From an uncultured Chloroflexia bacterium (GTDB lineage Bacteria; Chloroflexota; Limnocylindria; Limnocylindrales; CSP1-4), in assembly GCA_963749705.1 (NCBI GenBank), contig CAVVNQ010000003.1, positions 64,001 through 128,000 on the forward strand: a stretch of DNA of 64,000 nt, written 5' to 3'. Positions 48,200-56,534 of the stretch are shown piece by piece (within the stretch, counting starts at the first letter, position 1; the number at the start of each line of letters is the position of its first letter). Under the pieces are notes generated by a model that did no database searches, was not told where the DNA came from, and worked only from the letters and a program-made list of their open reading frames with translations. The translations under genes were made by a program, and so were the position numbers.

Positions 48200-49365
48200 G
48201 CCGGGCGCCGTCGGTCACCTCCCGGGCGATGGGCCTCGTCCCGGCACCGGTCGTCGAGTTCGCCGGCAGGCACCGCTCGACCTCGATCGTGGTCGGCATG
48301 GTCATCGTCACGATCATCCTTCCCCTGATCGTGCTCCTGCCGCCGTTCAGCACGTTCAGCCGCCAGGCGGTGTGGATCGACGGGTTCGCGATCTCGGGCG
48401 TGTTCGTGCTGCTCGCGCTGGGGCTCAACGTGGTGGTCGGTCTCGCCGGCCTGCTCGACCTCGGGTACGCCGCGTTCTACGCGATCGGCGCCTACGCCTA
48501 TGCCTACGGCGCATCACCGTTCAGCGGGCTGCACATCCCGTTCTGGCCGATGCTCCTCATCGGCGCCTTCGCGGCTGCCGTGTTCGGCGTCCTGTTGGGC
48601 GCCCCGACCCTGCGCCTGAGGGGTGACTACCTGGCGATCGTCACGCTGGGGTTCGGCGAGATCGTGCCGATCGTGTTCCTCAACGCGGACACGTACACCA
48701 ACGGCACCAACGGGATCGGTGGCGTCTACAAGCCGGAGCTGCTCGGCTACACGTTCCCGCTGATCGAGCCGATGCCGTTCTACATCACGATGGCGGTGAT
48801 CGTGACGATCACGATGATCTTCCTCTACCGGCTCCAGGATTCACGCCTGGGGAGAGCCTGGCAGGCCATCCGGGAGGACGAGCTCGCGGCCGACAGCAAC
48901 GGCATCAACACGGTCACCACGAAGCTGCTGGCGTTCGCGCTCGGCGCGTCAACCGCCGGCCTTGCGGGCGTGTTCACGGCGGCCAAGCTGACGCTGGTCA
49001 GCCCGGACCAGTTCCTGTTCACGGTCTCGTTCACGATCCTGGCCATGGTCGTGCTCGGCGGCATGGGCAACATCTGGGGCGTCGCCGTCGGGGCGTTCGT
49101 GCTGTACACGATCCAGAGCGTCCTGCTCAAGCAGCTCAACCAGTTCTTCCACGCGATCCAGGCGCCGATCCTCAAGGACATCGACTTCGTGCAGTACCAG
49201 TTCCTGCTGTACGGCCTCGCGCTGGTGTTGATGATGCTGATCAGACCCGAGGGCCTGTTCCCAAGTGGGCGGAGGCGGCAGGAGCTCCATGAGGCGGAGT
49301 TCGAGGTTGCCGGCGACGGCGGAAATGGCGACGCAGGAACGCCGGCCGGGGAGGGTGCATCGTGA
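48196..49365 (+). CDS. livM: BCAA ABC permease
   Basis: GLNVVVGLAGLLDLGY, LRLRGDYLAIVTLGFGEI, AIREDE. Confidence 0.95.
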   Translation: MSRAPSVTSRAMGLVPAPVVEFAGRHRSTSIVVGMVIVTIILPLIVLLPPFSTFSRQAVWIDGFAISGVFVLLALGLNVVVGLAGLLDLGYAAFYAIGAYAYAYGASPFSGLHIPFWPMLLIGAFAAAVFGVLLGAPTLRLRGDYLAIVTLGFGEIVPIVFLNADTYTNGTNGIGGVYKPELLGYTFPLIEPMPFYITMAVIVTITMIFLYRLQDSRLGRAWQAIREDELAADSNGINTVTTKLLAFALGASTAGLAGVFTAAKLTLVSPDQFLFTVSFTILAMVVLGGMGNIWGVAVGAFVLYTIQSVLLKQLNQFFHAIQAPILKDIDFVQYQFLLYGLALVLMMLIRPEGLFPSGRRRQELHEAEFEVAGDGGNGDAGTPAGEGAS

Positions 49366-50366
49366 GCGGCACCACGACCGATACCGTCCTCCACGCGCGC
49401 ACCGTGACCCGCCGGTTCGGTGGCCTGGTGGCCGTCAACGAGGTCGACCTGGAGATCCCGCGCGGCGCGATCATCAGCCTGATCGGACCCAACGGGGCCG
49501 GCAAGACCACCCTGTTCAACGTCATCGCCGGCATCCTCGAGCCGACATCCGGCGAGGTCGACCTGGTGGGCAGACGGATGGTCGCACCGGCGGAGCGGGC
49601 ATTCCTCGAGCCCGTGCTGTGGGTCCTGCCTGCGGTGATCGTCGCGCTCGTCGCGCTCGGGCTGTACCAGGTGACCCAGAGCGAGGCCCTGATCGGGATC
49701 GCGATCCTGGGAACCCTCGGCGTGCTCATCACGACCCTGCTGTCGGCGATCATCCGGCCGCCGCGCTACCAGCGAATCCTGATCCGGCTCGGGATCTTCC
49801 GATCCGCCAGGCCCAGCGACATGGTCCACGCCGGCATCGGCCGGACGTTCCAGAACATCCGGCTGTTCCAGAACATGACCGCCCAGGAGAACGTGCTCGT
49901 GGGCATGCACACCAAGCTCCGGAGCACGCCCGTCGACGCATTCCTCAGCACCCCGCGGCAACGGGCCGAGGAGGCCCGGGCCCGCATGCGGGCGAGCGAG
50001 CTGCTCGCCCTCGTGGGCCTGGCGGGACGGGAGAACGAGACCGCCCGCAACCTGCCATATGGTGACCAGCGTCGCCTCGAGGTCGCTCGTGCCCTGGGCA
50101 GCGAGCCGGCCCTGCTCCTGCTCGACGAACCCACGGCCGGCATGAACCCGAGGGAGACATCGGAGATGACCGAGCTCATCGACCGCCTCCGGCGCGACCT
50201 CGGGCTTGCGGTCCTGCTGATCGAGCACGACATGCGGGTCGTGATGGGCATCAGCGACCGAATCACCGTCCTCGACCACGGCGAGCGGATCGCCGAGGGC
50301 ACCCCGGCGGAGGTCCGGGCGAACCCGCGGGTCATCGAGGCCTACCTCGGATCCCCCGCGGCATGA
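49362..50366 (+). CDS. livG: BCAA ABC ATP-binding protein with an internal hydrophobic insertion
   Basis: FGGLVAV, GPNGAGKTT, RTFQNIRLF, LPYGDQRRLE, IEHDM, EAYLG. Confidence 0.92.
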   Translation: MSGTTTDTVLHARTVTRRFGGLVAVNEVDLEIPRGAIISLIGPNGAGKTTLFNVIAGILEPTSGEVDLVGRRMVAPAERAFLEPVLWVLPAVIVALVALGLYQVTQSEALIGIAILGTLGVLITTLLSAIIRPPRYQRILIRLGIFRSARPSDMVHAGIGRTFQNIRLFQNMTAQENVLVGMHTKLRSTPVDAFLSTPRQRAEEARARMRASELLALVGLAGRENETARNLPYGDQRRLEVARALGSEPALLLLDEPTAGMNPRETSEMTELIDRLRRDLGLAVLLIEHDMRVVMGISDRITVLDHGERIAEGTPAEVRANPRVIEAYLGSPAA

Positions 50367-51106
50367 GCGGCAACGGAACGCCTGCCCGGACCGACGACGT
50401 CGTCCTCAAGCTGGAGGACGTCAATACCTACTACGGACACATCCACGCCCTGTCAGGGATCTCGATGGAGGTCCACCGCGGCGAGATCGTCACCCTCATC
50501 GGCGCCAACGGCGCCGGCAAGACGACGACCCTCAAGACCATCAGCGGCCTCCTGCACCCCAAGGTCGGCCGGGTGTTCTTCGAGGGGGCCGACATCTCCC
50601 AGACACCCGCCCACAAGCTGGTTCGATCGGGGATCGGGCACGCGCCCGAGGGCCGGCGGATCTTCTCGCGCCTGACCGTCCTCGAGAACCTCCAGATGGG
50701 CGGCTACACGCGCACCGCCGCCGAGATCAAGGAGGAGCTGGAGCGGGTCATGACGCTGTTCCCGCGGCTGCGGGAACGGGTCGACCAGAAGGGCGGGACG
50801 CTGTCCGGCGGCGAGCAGCAGATGCTCGCGATCGGTCGGGCGATGATGTCCAGGCCGCGCGTGCTGTTGCTGGACGAGCCGTCGCTCGGGCTGGCGCCGA
50901 TCCTGGTCCAGCAGATCTTTGCGATCATCCGGCAGATCAACCAGCTGGGAAGCACGATCCTGCTCGTCGAGCAGAACGCCCTCCAGGCGCTGGCCATCGC
51001 CCACCGCGGCTACGTCCTCCAGACCGGACGGGTGGTCCTGTCCGGAACCTCGGACGAGCTGAGCCGGAACGAGATGGTGCGCAAGGCCTACCTCGGCGAG
51101 GACTAG
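50363..51106 (+). CDS. livF: BCAA ABC ATP-binding protein
   Basis: GANGAGKTT, PEGRRIF, LSGGEQQML, DEPSLGLAP. Confidence 0.95.
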   Translation: MSGNGTPARTDDVVLKLEDVNTYYGHIHALSGISMEVHRGEIVTLIGANGAGKTTTLKTISGLLHPKVGRVFFEGADISQTPAHKLVRSGIGHAPEGRRIFSRLTVLENLQMGGYTRTAAEIKEELERVMTLFPRLRERVDQKGGTLSGGEQQMLAIGRAMMSRPRVLLLDEPSLGLAPILVQQIFAIIRQINQLGSTILLVEQNALQALAIAHRGYVLQTGRVVLSGTSDELSRNEMVRKAYLGED

Positions 51107-51125
51107 CGAGCAGGCGGCGCCAACC

Positions 51126-51923
51126 GTGGACGAGCACGGGAGACCCGCCTACCGGGAGCCGCCGCGCCCCATCAGCCCGGGCACCGATCGGGGGCGGATC
51201 CAGCTCCTGATCGCGTTCGTCCTCGGGGCGCTCGTGATCCTGGTGATCCACCCCTGGGGCGCCGGCGGACCCGCCGCCGCGCCCCCGGCCACCGGGTCGT
51301 TCGCCCGTTCGACAGCCGCCCCGGCGACGCCGCGGGCGACGCCCGCCGCGGCATCGGCCGCAACCGGACCGGTGGACGTCTCCCATCTCAGCCTGCCATG
51401 CGGATCGACGGACAGCTGGCGCGCCACCACCATGCAGGTGTGGCCGGACCGGGCGATCCCGATCCGATCCTGGATCGCCATCGAGCCGGTGGAGGCGGCC
51501 GGCCCGCTCGACCCGGCCATCCCGTTCGCCCCGGTCGCAGCGGACCAGGTCACGGCGATCGGCTTCTGCGCACCCCTCGATGAGGCGCTCCGGCCGCCGG
51601 TGACCATCCGCCCCTCCCTGTGGAGCCTGGCCGACGGTCGCGTCACGTCGCTCACCCTCGTCCCCGCCGATCCGTCCGACCATGACACCCTGCGCGGGCT
51701 GTGGCTGCCGCCCTCGAGCCTCCGCGATCCGGCGGCCGGCGTCGCGGCGGACGCGTGGCCGCCCGGCAGGTACGTGATCGAGCTCGCGTCGCCCAGCGAT
51801 AGCTACGTCCGGTGGCTCGGGATCGAGGTTCTCGACCTGGGGCACCAGCGCTCGTCCTCGTCGACGCCGTCACCCGCCCCGGAGGCGACCGCAGCACCGT
51901 CGCAGACCCCGGCTCCGTCGTAG
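51126..51923 (+). CDS. Hypothetical membrane-anchored protein
   Basis: Single N-terminal TM, Pro/Ala linker, WPPGRYVI beta domain. Confidence 0.62.
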   Translation: MDEHGRPAYREPPRPISPGTDRGRIQLLIAFVLGALVILVIHPWGAGGPAAAPPATGSFARSTAAPATPRATPAAASAATGPVDVSHLSLPCGSTDSWRATTMQVWPDRAIPIRSWIAIEPVEAAGPLDPAIPFAPVAADQVTAIGFCAPLDEALRPPVTIRPSLWSLADGRVTSLTLVPADPSDHDTLRGLWLPPSSLRDPAAGVAADAWPPGRYVIELASPSDSYVRWLGIEVLDLGHQRSSSSTPSPAPEATAAPSQTPAPS

Positions 51924-51942
51924 CACCGGCTCCGTCGTAGCA
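51909..51942. repeat. 17-bp tandem duplication spanning a stop codon
   Basis: CCGGCTCCGTCGTAGCA x2. Confidence 0.8.
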
Positions 51943-51993
51943 CCGGCGCCGTCCGCGGGGCCGTTCGCGCCGCCCGCGGCGCGCGGTCCGCGT

Positions 51994-52422
51994 CTAGCGG
52001 TGCGGCGGCTCGAGCGAGATGTTGTAGGCGGCTCGCCCGAGCATGATCGTCCCGAGCAGCGTGATCCAGTAGCCGTACGCCCGGTCCGGCAGCAGGCCCT
52101 CGGGTGCCACCAGGGCGTCCGAGCCCGGGATGAACAGGATCAGCCCCACGAGGCCCAGGATCGCGAGCAGCCCGAACGCCAGCCCGCGGTCGACCGCGAG
52201 CGGACGCTCGCCGGCGGCATAGGGAAGCGCGACCAGGGCCATCGTCGCCAGCGCCGCCAGGAAGGTCAGGATCCCCGCCCCGTCGAACGCCGTCATCCGG
52301 ATGGCGGTCAGCTGCCCCGCCTCACCGCCCAGCGTGTACCACGGGAGCACCGATCCGATCACGACGACGATGGCGCCGAGCAGTGCGAGTCGGCGGCCTG
52401 CGCCGAGCGGTCGTCGATGCAT
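51994..52422 (-). CDS. Hypothetical 4-TM membrane protein
   Basis: GSVLPWY, hydrophobic segments, TGATG overlap with hpt. Confidence 0.72.
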   Translation of the reverse strand: MHRRPLGAGRRLALLGAIVVVIGSVLPWYTLGGEAGQLTAIRMTAFDGAGILTFLAALATMALVALPYAAGERPLAVDRGLAFGLLAILGLVGLILFIPGSDALVAPEGLLPDRAYGYWITLLGTIMLGRAAYNISLEPPHR

Positions 52423-52988
52423 CAGTCGGCCGGCGTGTAGACCTCGGGGCGCAGCACGCCCACGAAGCGCAGGTTGCGGTATCGCTCGGCGTAGTCGAGC
52501 CCGTAGCCGACCACGAACTGGTCCGGGATCTCGAAGCCGACGTAGTCGACCGGGATATCGACGAGCCGTCGGGCCGGCTTGTCGAGCAGGGTGCAGATCC
52601 GGAGCGACGCCGGGTTCTTGCCGCGCAGGTAGCGGACCAGGTAGTTGAGCGTCAGGCCGGTGTCGATGATGTCCTCGACGAGCAGCACGTCCTCGTCGGC
52701 GATGCTTGCCGACAGGTCCTTGATGATCCGCACCAGGCCGGACGACTCGGTGGCGATGCCGCCGTAGGAGCTGACCTCCATCAGGTCGATCCGAAGGGGT
52801 AGTGGGATCTGGCGCATCAGGTCGGCCATGAACGGCAGCGAACCCTTGAGCACGCTCACCAGGGTGAGGTTCCGTCCCGCGTAGTCGGCGGCGATGGCGC
52901 GGCCGAGCTCGGCCACCTTGGCGGCGATCTGCTCCTCGGTCAGGAGCACGTCCCCGATGTCGTTCTGGAGATCAGCGAGACGGGTCAT
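52422..52988 (-). CDS. hpt: Hypoxanthine phosphoribosyltransferase
   Basis: VLKGS, VSSYG, LLVEDIIDTGLTL, FVVGYGLDY. Confidence 0.96.
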   Translation of the reverse strand: MTRLADLQNDIGDVLLTEEQIAAKVAELGRAIAADYAGRNLTLVSVLKGSLPFMADLMRQIPLPLRIDLMEVSSYGGIATESSGLVRIIKDLSASIADEDVLLVEDIIDTGLTLNYLVRYLRGKNPASLRICTLLDKPARRLVDIPVDYVGFEIPDQFVVGYGLDYAERYRNLRFVGVLRPEVYTPAD

Positions 52989-53078
52989 CGATTCCTCGGC
53001 TCGGCCTCGGTATGGGTGTCGATGGGTGGGGGTCGATCATGGCGCGTCCGGCGGGCCGGCGCACGCCCGGGCGGCGGG

Positions 53079-53819
53079 TCAGGTGGCGTCGATCGCCGGC
53101 TCGGCAGCCGACGCGACGTGCGCACGGGCCGGATCTGACGTTCGCCGGCGTCGCCGGCCGCGACGCCGGCCGCGCTGTTCGGCGAGCGGCACCGGATGCG
53201 GCAGGACAGGTGCCAGGGTGGCAGCGCCGCCGGGGTCCACCGGAGCGCTCCCGGACGGCCGCGCGGCCACGACGGTGGGTGCCTCGGCCCGCACGGACGC
53301 GCCGTGGTCCCGGACGGTTGCCTCCGCGCGCTCCGCCGCGGATCGCGGCGGTGTCGCCTGACCCGTGGTGCCGGTGAGCTCGTCGACGAGGGCCATCCGG
53401 CCGAACTTGAGCAGCAGCATCCGGAAGTCCCGCGCGTAGAACAGCTTGATCCGGACGTCCGGGTAGAGCTCCCGGAGGCGGCGGAGCTTGCAATTCTTCT
53501 TGCGCACGAGCTTCTGCTTGAGCGTGGTGAGCTCCACGTACAGGTCCAGGTCCGGCAGGTAGAAGTCGGGTGCGAAGCTCTCGACGACCTCGCCGTCGAG
53601 GTTCCAGCCGATCGGGAACGTGTCGGGCTCGTACCGCCAGGCAACGTCGTAGAAGTCGAGGATCCGCGCCAGCTCCGCCTCGCTTGCGTGGGCGAACCGG
53701 TGCGAGGACGGCCCGGCGGACGTCGCCGGCATCTCGGTCGCCGACAGCTCTTGCGCCGGCGCGGCGCCGTCGACCCTGCGGCCGCGCGTCCGGCGCGGCA
53801 CGGGTCCCGACCCCGTCAT
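53079..53819 (-). CDS. PD-(D/E)XK-like domain protein associated with hpt
   Basis: FAHASEAELARILDFY..W.YEP..F, FAPDFYLP..DLYVELTT. Confidence 0.72.
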   Translation of the reverse strand: MTGSGPVPRRTRGRRVDGAAPAQELSATEMPATSAGPSSHRFAHASEAELARILDFYDVAWRYEPDTFPIGWNLDGEVVESFAPDFYLPDLDLYVELTTLKQKLVRKKNCKLRRLRELYPDVRIKLFYARDFRMLLLKFGRMALVDELTGTTGQATPPRSAAERAEATVRDHGASVRAEAPTVVAARPSGSAPVDPGGAATLAPVLPHPVPLAEQRGRRRGRRRRRTSDPARAHVASAAEPAIDAT

Positions 53820-54190
53820 CGGGGTGTCCCGGGGCCCGCGGCTCCGTCGGGCCCCTGCAGCAACGTGCGCAGGTCGCCGTCCCACGTCGCGAGGAAGCCG
53901 CGCATCGAGGCCACATCGGCCGCGCCGATCGGGGCTCTCCCGGCCAGCCGCGCTTCGGCGCGCGGATCGAGCTCCGGATGCGCGGCGGTGTCGAGGAACG
54001 GAGGGGAGGATCCATGATCCGGGCCCAGCAGCACGCTCAGCGTCTGGCTGCCGCACGCGGGACAGGTGAGCTCGACGAACGCGAGGTCCCCGCGATCGGC
54101 GAGGACGGCGATCCGGTCCGAAGGGATGGCCGCACCACACGAGGTGCAGCCGGCCCCGGTGAGGCGCGTCCGGAGTCCGCGATGGTCCAT
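53816..54190 (-). CDS. Zinc-ribbon hypothetical protein
   Basis: CTSC...CPAC, C-terminal FL..WDGDL; ATGA overlap. Confidence 0.72.
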   Translation of the reverse strand: MDHRGLRTRLTGAGCTSCGAAIPSDRIAVLADRGDLAFVELTCPACGSQTLSVLLGPDHGSSPPFLDTAAHPELDPRAEARLAGRAPIGAADVASMRGFLATWDGDLRTLLQGPDGAAGPGTPR

Positions 54191-54250
54191 CGATCGTGAA
54201 GTCTACCGTTGGCGGCGATCGCGGGCACTGGCGCGGTTCGTTCGGGATCG

Positions 54251-54269
54251 GATACTCCCATGGGGTATC
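54251..54269. promoter_or_regulatory. CsoR-type operator
   Basis: GATACTCCCATGGGGTATC, a TAC-C tract/G tract-GTA pseudo-palindrome before csoR. Confidence 0.75.
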
Positions 54270-54277
54270 ATCCTGCC

Positions 54278-54643
54278 ATGCCCCAGCCAACCCCGGAGCC
54301 TGTACCCAGCCAGGGCGCCGGTCACGACACGTTCCGCCACAGCTACAGCAAGGACAAGGCCCAGCTGGTCCGGCGCCTCAGCCGGCTCGAGGGTCAGGTT
54401 CGCGGGATCGCGAGGATGATCGAGCGCGAGGAGTACTGCGTCGACATCCTCCAGCAGACCGCCGCGCTGCGAGCGGCGGTCGATGCCGTCTCGATCCTCA
54501 TCCTCGAGGACCACGTCCAGGGCTGCGTCCGAACGGCCGCTGAGCACGGCGACGCGGACCGGTACGTCGATGAGGTCATCGACGTCGTCCGGCGCACGCT
54601 GGGGCGACCGGTGCGAGCGGGCGGTCGCACCGTCCAGCCCTGA
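54278..54643 (+). CDS. csoR: CsoR/RcnR family metal-sensing repressor
   Basis: RLSRLEGQVRGI..M, YCVDILQQ, HVQGC (Cys-His-Cys ligands). Confidence 0.88.
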   Translation: MPQPTPEPVPSQGAGHDTFRHSYSKDKAQLVRRLSRLEGQVRGIARMIEREEYCVDILQQTAALRAAVDAVSILILEDHVQGCVRTAAEHGDADRYVDEVIDVVRRTLGRPVRAGGRTVQP

Positions 54644-54721
54644 CCGGCGGGGTTCGTTCGGGCCGAAACAGCGGGCCAACCCGCCTGCCGCCGCACGACC
54701 GACGGTGGACGAGCGACCGGG

Positions 54722-54796
54722 TTATCCACAACTCGCGCGCGGCCCCGGCGTTTCGTTGATAAGGGGGTTGACGGTGCCCGGGTGCCGTCCTAACGT
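54722..54796 (+). promoter_or_regulatory. DnaA box(es) and sigma70 promoter
   Basis: TTATCCACA at 54722-54730; inverted degenerate box CGTTGATAA at 54754-54762; TTGACG-N17-TAACGT at 54768-54796. Confidence 0.7.
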
Positions 54797-54802
54797 CCGG
54801 AC

Positions 54803-55025
54803 TCCGCACGCAGCGTGCGCGCACCGGGGAGCGCGATCCATGAGGGGCCACGGGGAGACTCGGGCCTGAGCCGAGGGGGTTGCGCCAGACCGGGCACAGC
54901 GCGCGTGCCGCGGCGATCGAACGACGCCGGGAGCGGCTTCCGGATGGCCTGGTGCACAAGCACAGGAGAGTGCCCTGGTCCATCCGAGAGAACCGCTCCC
55001 GACGCGCGTTCAGGACCTTCCCCCG
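54803..55025 (+). ncRNA. Candidate structured RNA (6S/Ms1-like sRNA or rsmG leader)
   Basis: Follows the promoter; GNRA hairpin 54846-54866, hairpin 54893-54909, long stem 54919-55011, possible 5'/3' closing stem. Confidence 0.5.
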
Positions 55026-55748
55026 CTGCCGTCCGGGTACCACGACGTCCTCGACGATGGGCTCCGCGCACTCGGCGTCGTGCTCGACGACCCGGCACGC
55101 GACGCGATCGACAGCCATGTCCGCCTGCTGCTCGCGTGGACCACCGCGATGAACCTGACGGCGATCCGCGAGCCGGCCGAGGTCGCCAGGCTCCACGTGC
55201 TCGACAGCCTGGCGGCCGTACCCCACCTGCGCCGGTTCGGTGTTCGACGGCTCCTCGATCTTGGCAGCGGCGGCGGGTACCCGGGGCTGCCGGTCGCGGT
55301 CACCCTCGACGCGGACCGTGCACTGCTCGTCGATGCGGTCGGCAAGAAGGTCCGGTTCCTGCGGACCGTGATCGAGGCCACCCGGCTGGGCACGCGGTTC
55401 GCCGCGGAAGCGGCGCGCGCCGAGACACTGGCCCACGACCCGCGTGACCGCGAGGCGTGGCCGCTGGTCACGGCCCGTGCCGTCTCGTCGCTCGCGGAGC
55501 TGGTCGAGCTGGCCCTGCCCCTGGTCGCGCCGGGGGGCCGGCTGGTGGCATGGAAGCGGCTGCCGCTGGACGACGAGCTGCGGGCCGCGGCGCCCGCCCT
55601 TGCTGCGCTGCGCGCCGGTCCGGTCGAGGTGGTCGACGCGGGCGTCCCGGGCCTCGCGACACACCGGCTCGTGATCGTGCCGCGGTCCGGACCGATCGAC
55701 GCCCGCTTTCCCCGGGACCCCGCCGTACGGCGGCGTGCGTCGCTGTGA
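54975..55748 (+). CDS. rsmG: 16S rRNA m7G527 methyltransferase (start uncertain: CTG 54975 or GTG 55080)
   Basis: MNLTAI, HVLDSL, DLGSGGGYPGLP, KKVRFL, RAE, TARAV; AGGAGAG RBS before the in-frame CTG. Confidence 0.92.
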   Translation: MVHPREPLPTRVQDLPPLPSGYHDVLDDGLRALGVVLDDPARDAIDSHVRLLLAWTTAMNLTAIREPAEVARLHVLDSLAAVPHLRRFGVRRLLDLGSGGGYPGLPVAVTLDADRALLVDAVGKKVRFLRTVIEATRLGTRFAAEAARAETLAHDPRDREAWPLVTARAVSSLAELVELALPLVAPGGRLVAWKRLPLDDELRAAAPALAALRAGPVEVVDAGVPGLATHRLVIVPRSGPIDARFPRDPAVRRRASL

Positions 55749-55799
55749 CCGGCGCATTGCACGCATTCGGGGCTCGCGCCCTGCGCTACCCTGCCGTGG

Positions 55800-56522
55800 A
55801 TGCGTGTCGCCGTGCTCTCGGACATCCACGCGAATGTCACGGCTCTCGATGCCGTCCTCGCCGCCGTCCCATCCGTCGATGAGCTGTGGCACCTCGGCGA
55901 CGTGGTCGGCTACGGGCCCCACCCCGACGCGGTCGTCACCCGGATGCGCGAGGCCGGTGCGGTCGGGGTGCGGGGCAACCACGACGCGGCCGCGGTCGGC
56001 GGGCTCGAGATCGAGGCATTCAACGTCGACGCGCGGACCGCGATGGAGTGGACGCGCTCGGTGATCGGGGAGGAGACGCGGGCCTGGTTGCGGGCGCTGC
56101 CGGAGCGCCTCGAGCGGGCGGATTTCACGATGGTCCACGGCAGCCCGCGCGATCCGACCTGGGAGTACGTGACATCGACCCCGGTGGCGCGGGCGGGCAT
56201 GACCTCGATGGCGACGCAGTTCGGGCTGCACGGCCACACGCATATCCCGATCGCGTATGTCGAGCAGGACGGCCGGCTCGTGACCATGAGCCCCGGCAAT
56301 GGCTCGACGCTCACCTTCGATGGTCGTCGCGTGCTGCTCAACCCGGGCAGCGTCGGCCAGCCGCGCGACGGCATCCCGGCGTCCTCGTGGCTGCTGCTGG
56401 ACACCGACGCCGGGACCGCGACGTGGCGGCGGACCGCGTACGACGTCGCCACGGTGCAGGCCGCGATGGTGGCCGTCGACCTTCCGGACCGCCTGGTCAC
56501 CCGGCTGGCACATGGCCTGTAG
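55800..56522 (+). CDS. Calcineurin-like metallophosphoesterase
   Basis: SDIHAN, GDVVGYG, GNHD, HGSP, GHTH, NPGSVGQPRDG. Confidence 0.93.
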   Translation: MRVAVLSDIHANVTALDAVLAAVPSVDELWHLGDVVGYGPHPDAVVTRMREAGAVGVRGNHDAAAVGGLEIEAFNVDARTAMEWTRSVIGEETRAWLRALPERLERADFTMVHGSPRDPTWEYVTSTPVARAGMTSMATQFGLHGHTHIPIAYVEQDGRLVTMSPGNGSTLTFDGRRVLLNPGSVGQPRDGIPASSWLLLDTDAGTATWRRTAYDVATVQAAMVAVDLPDRLVTRLAHGL

Positions 56523-56534
56523 CGAGGCGCCCCG

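Noticed and set aside
54722-54762. Replication origin
   Set aside because: Only two boxes, no AT-rich unwinding region, no dnaA/dnaN nearby
54803-55025. c-di-AMP (ydaO) riboswitch upstream of the KimA-like genes
   Set aside because: The hallmark GCTGAATCC and GTCAGCTAAC-type segments are not visible
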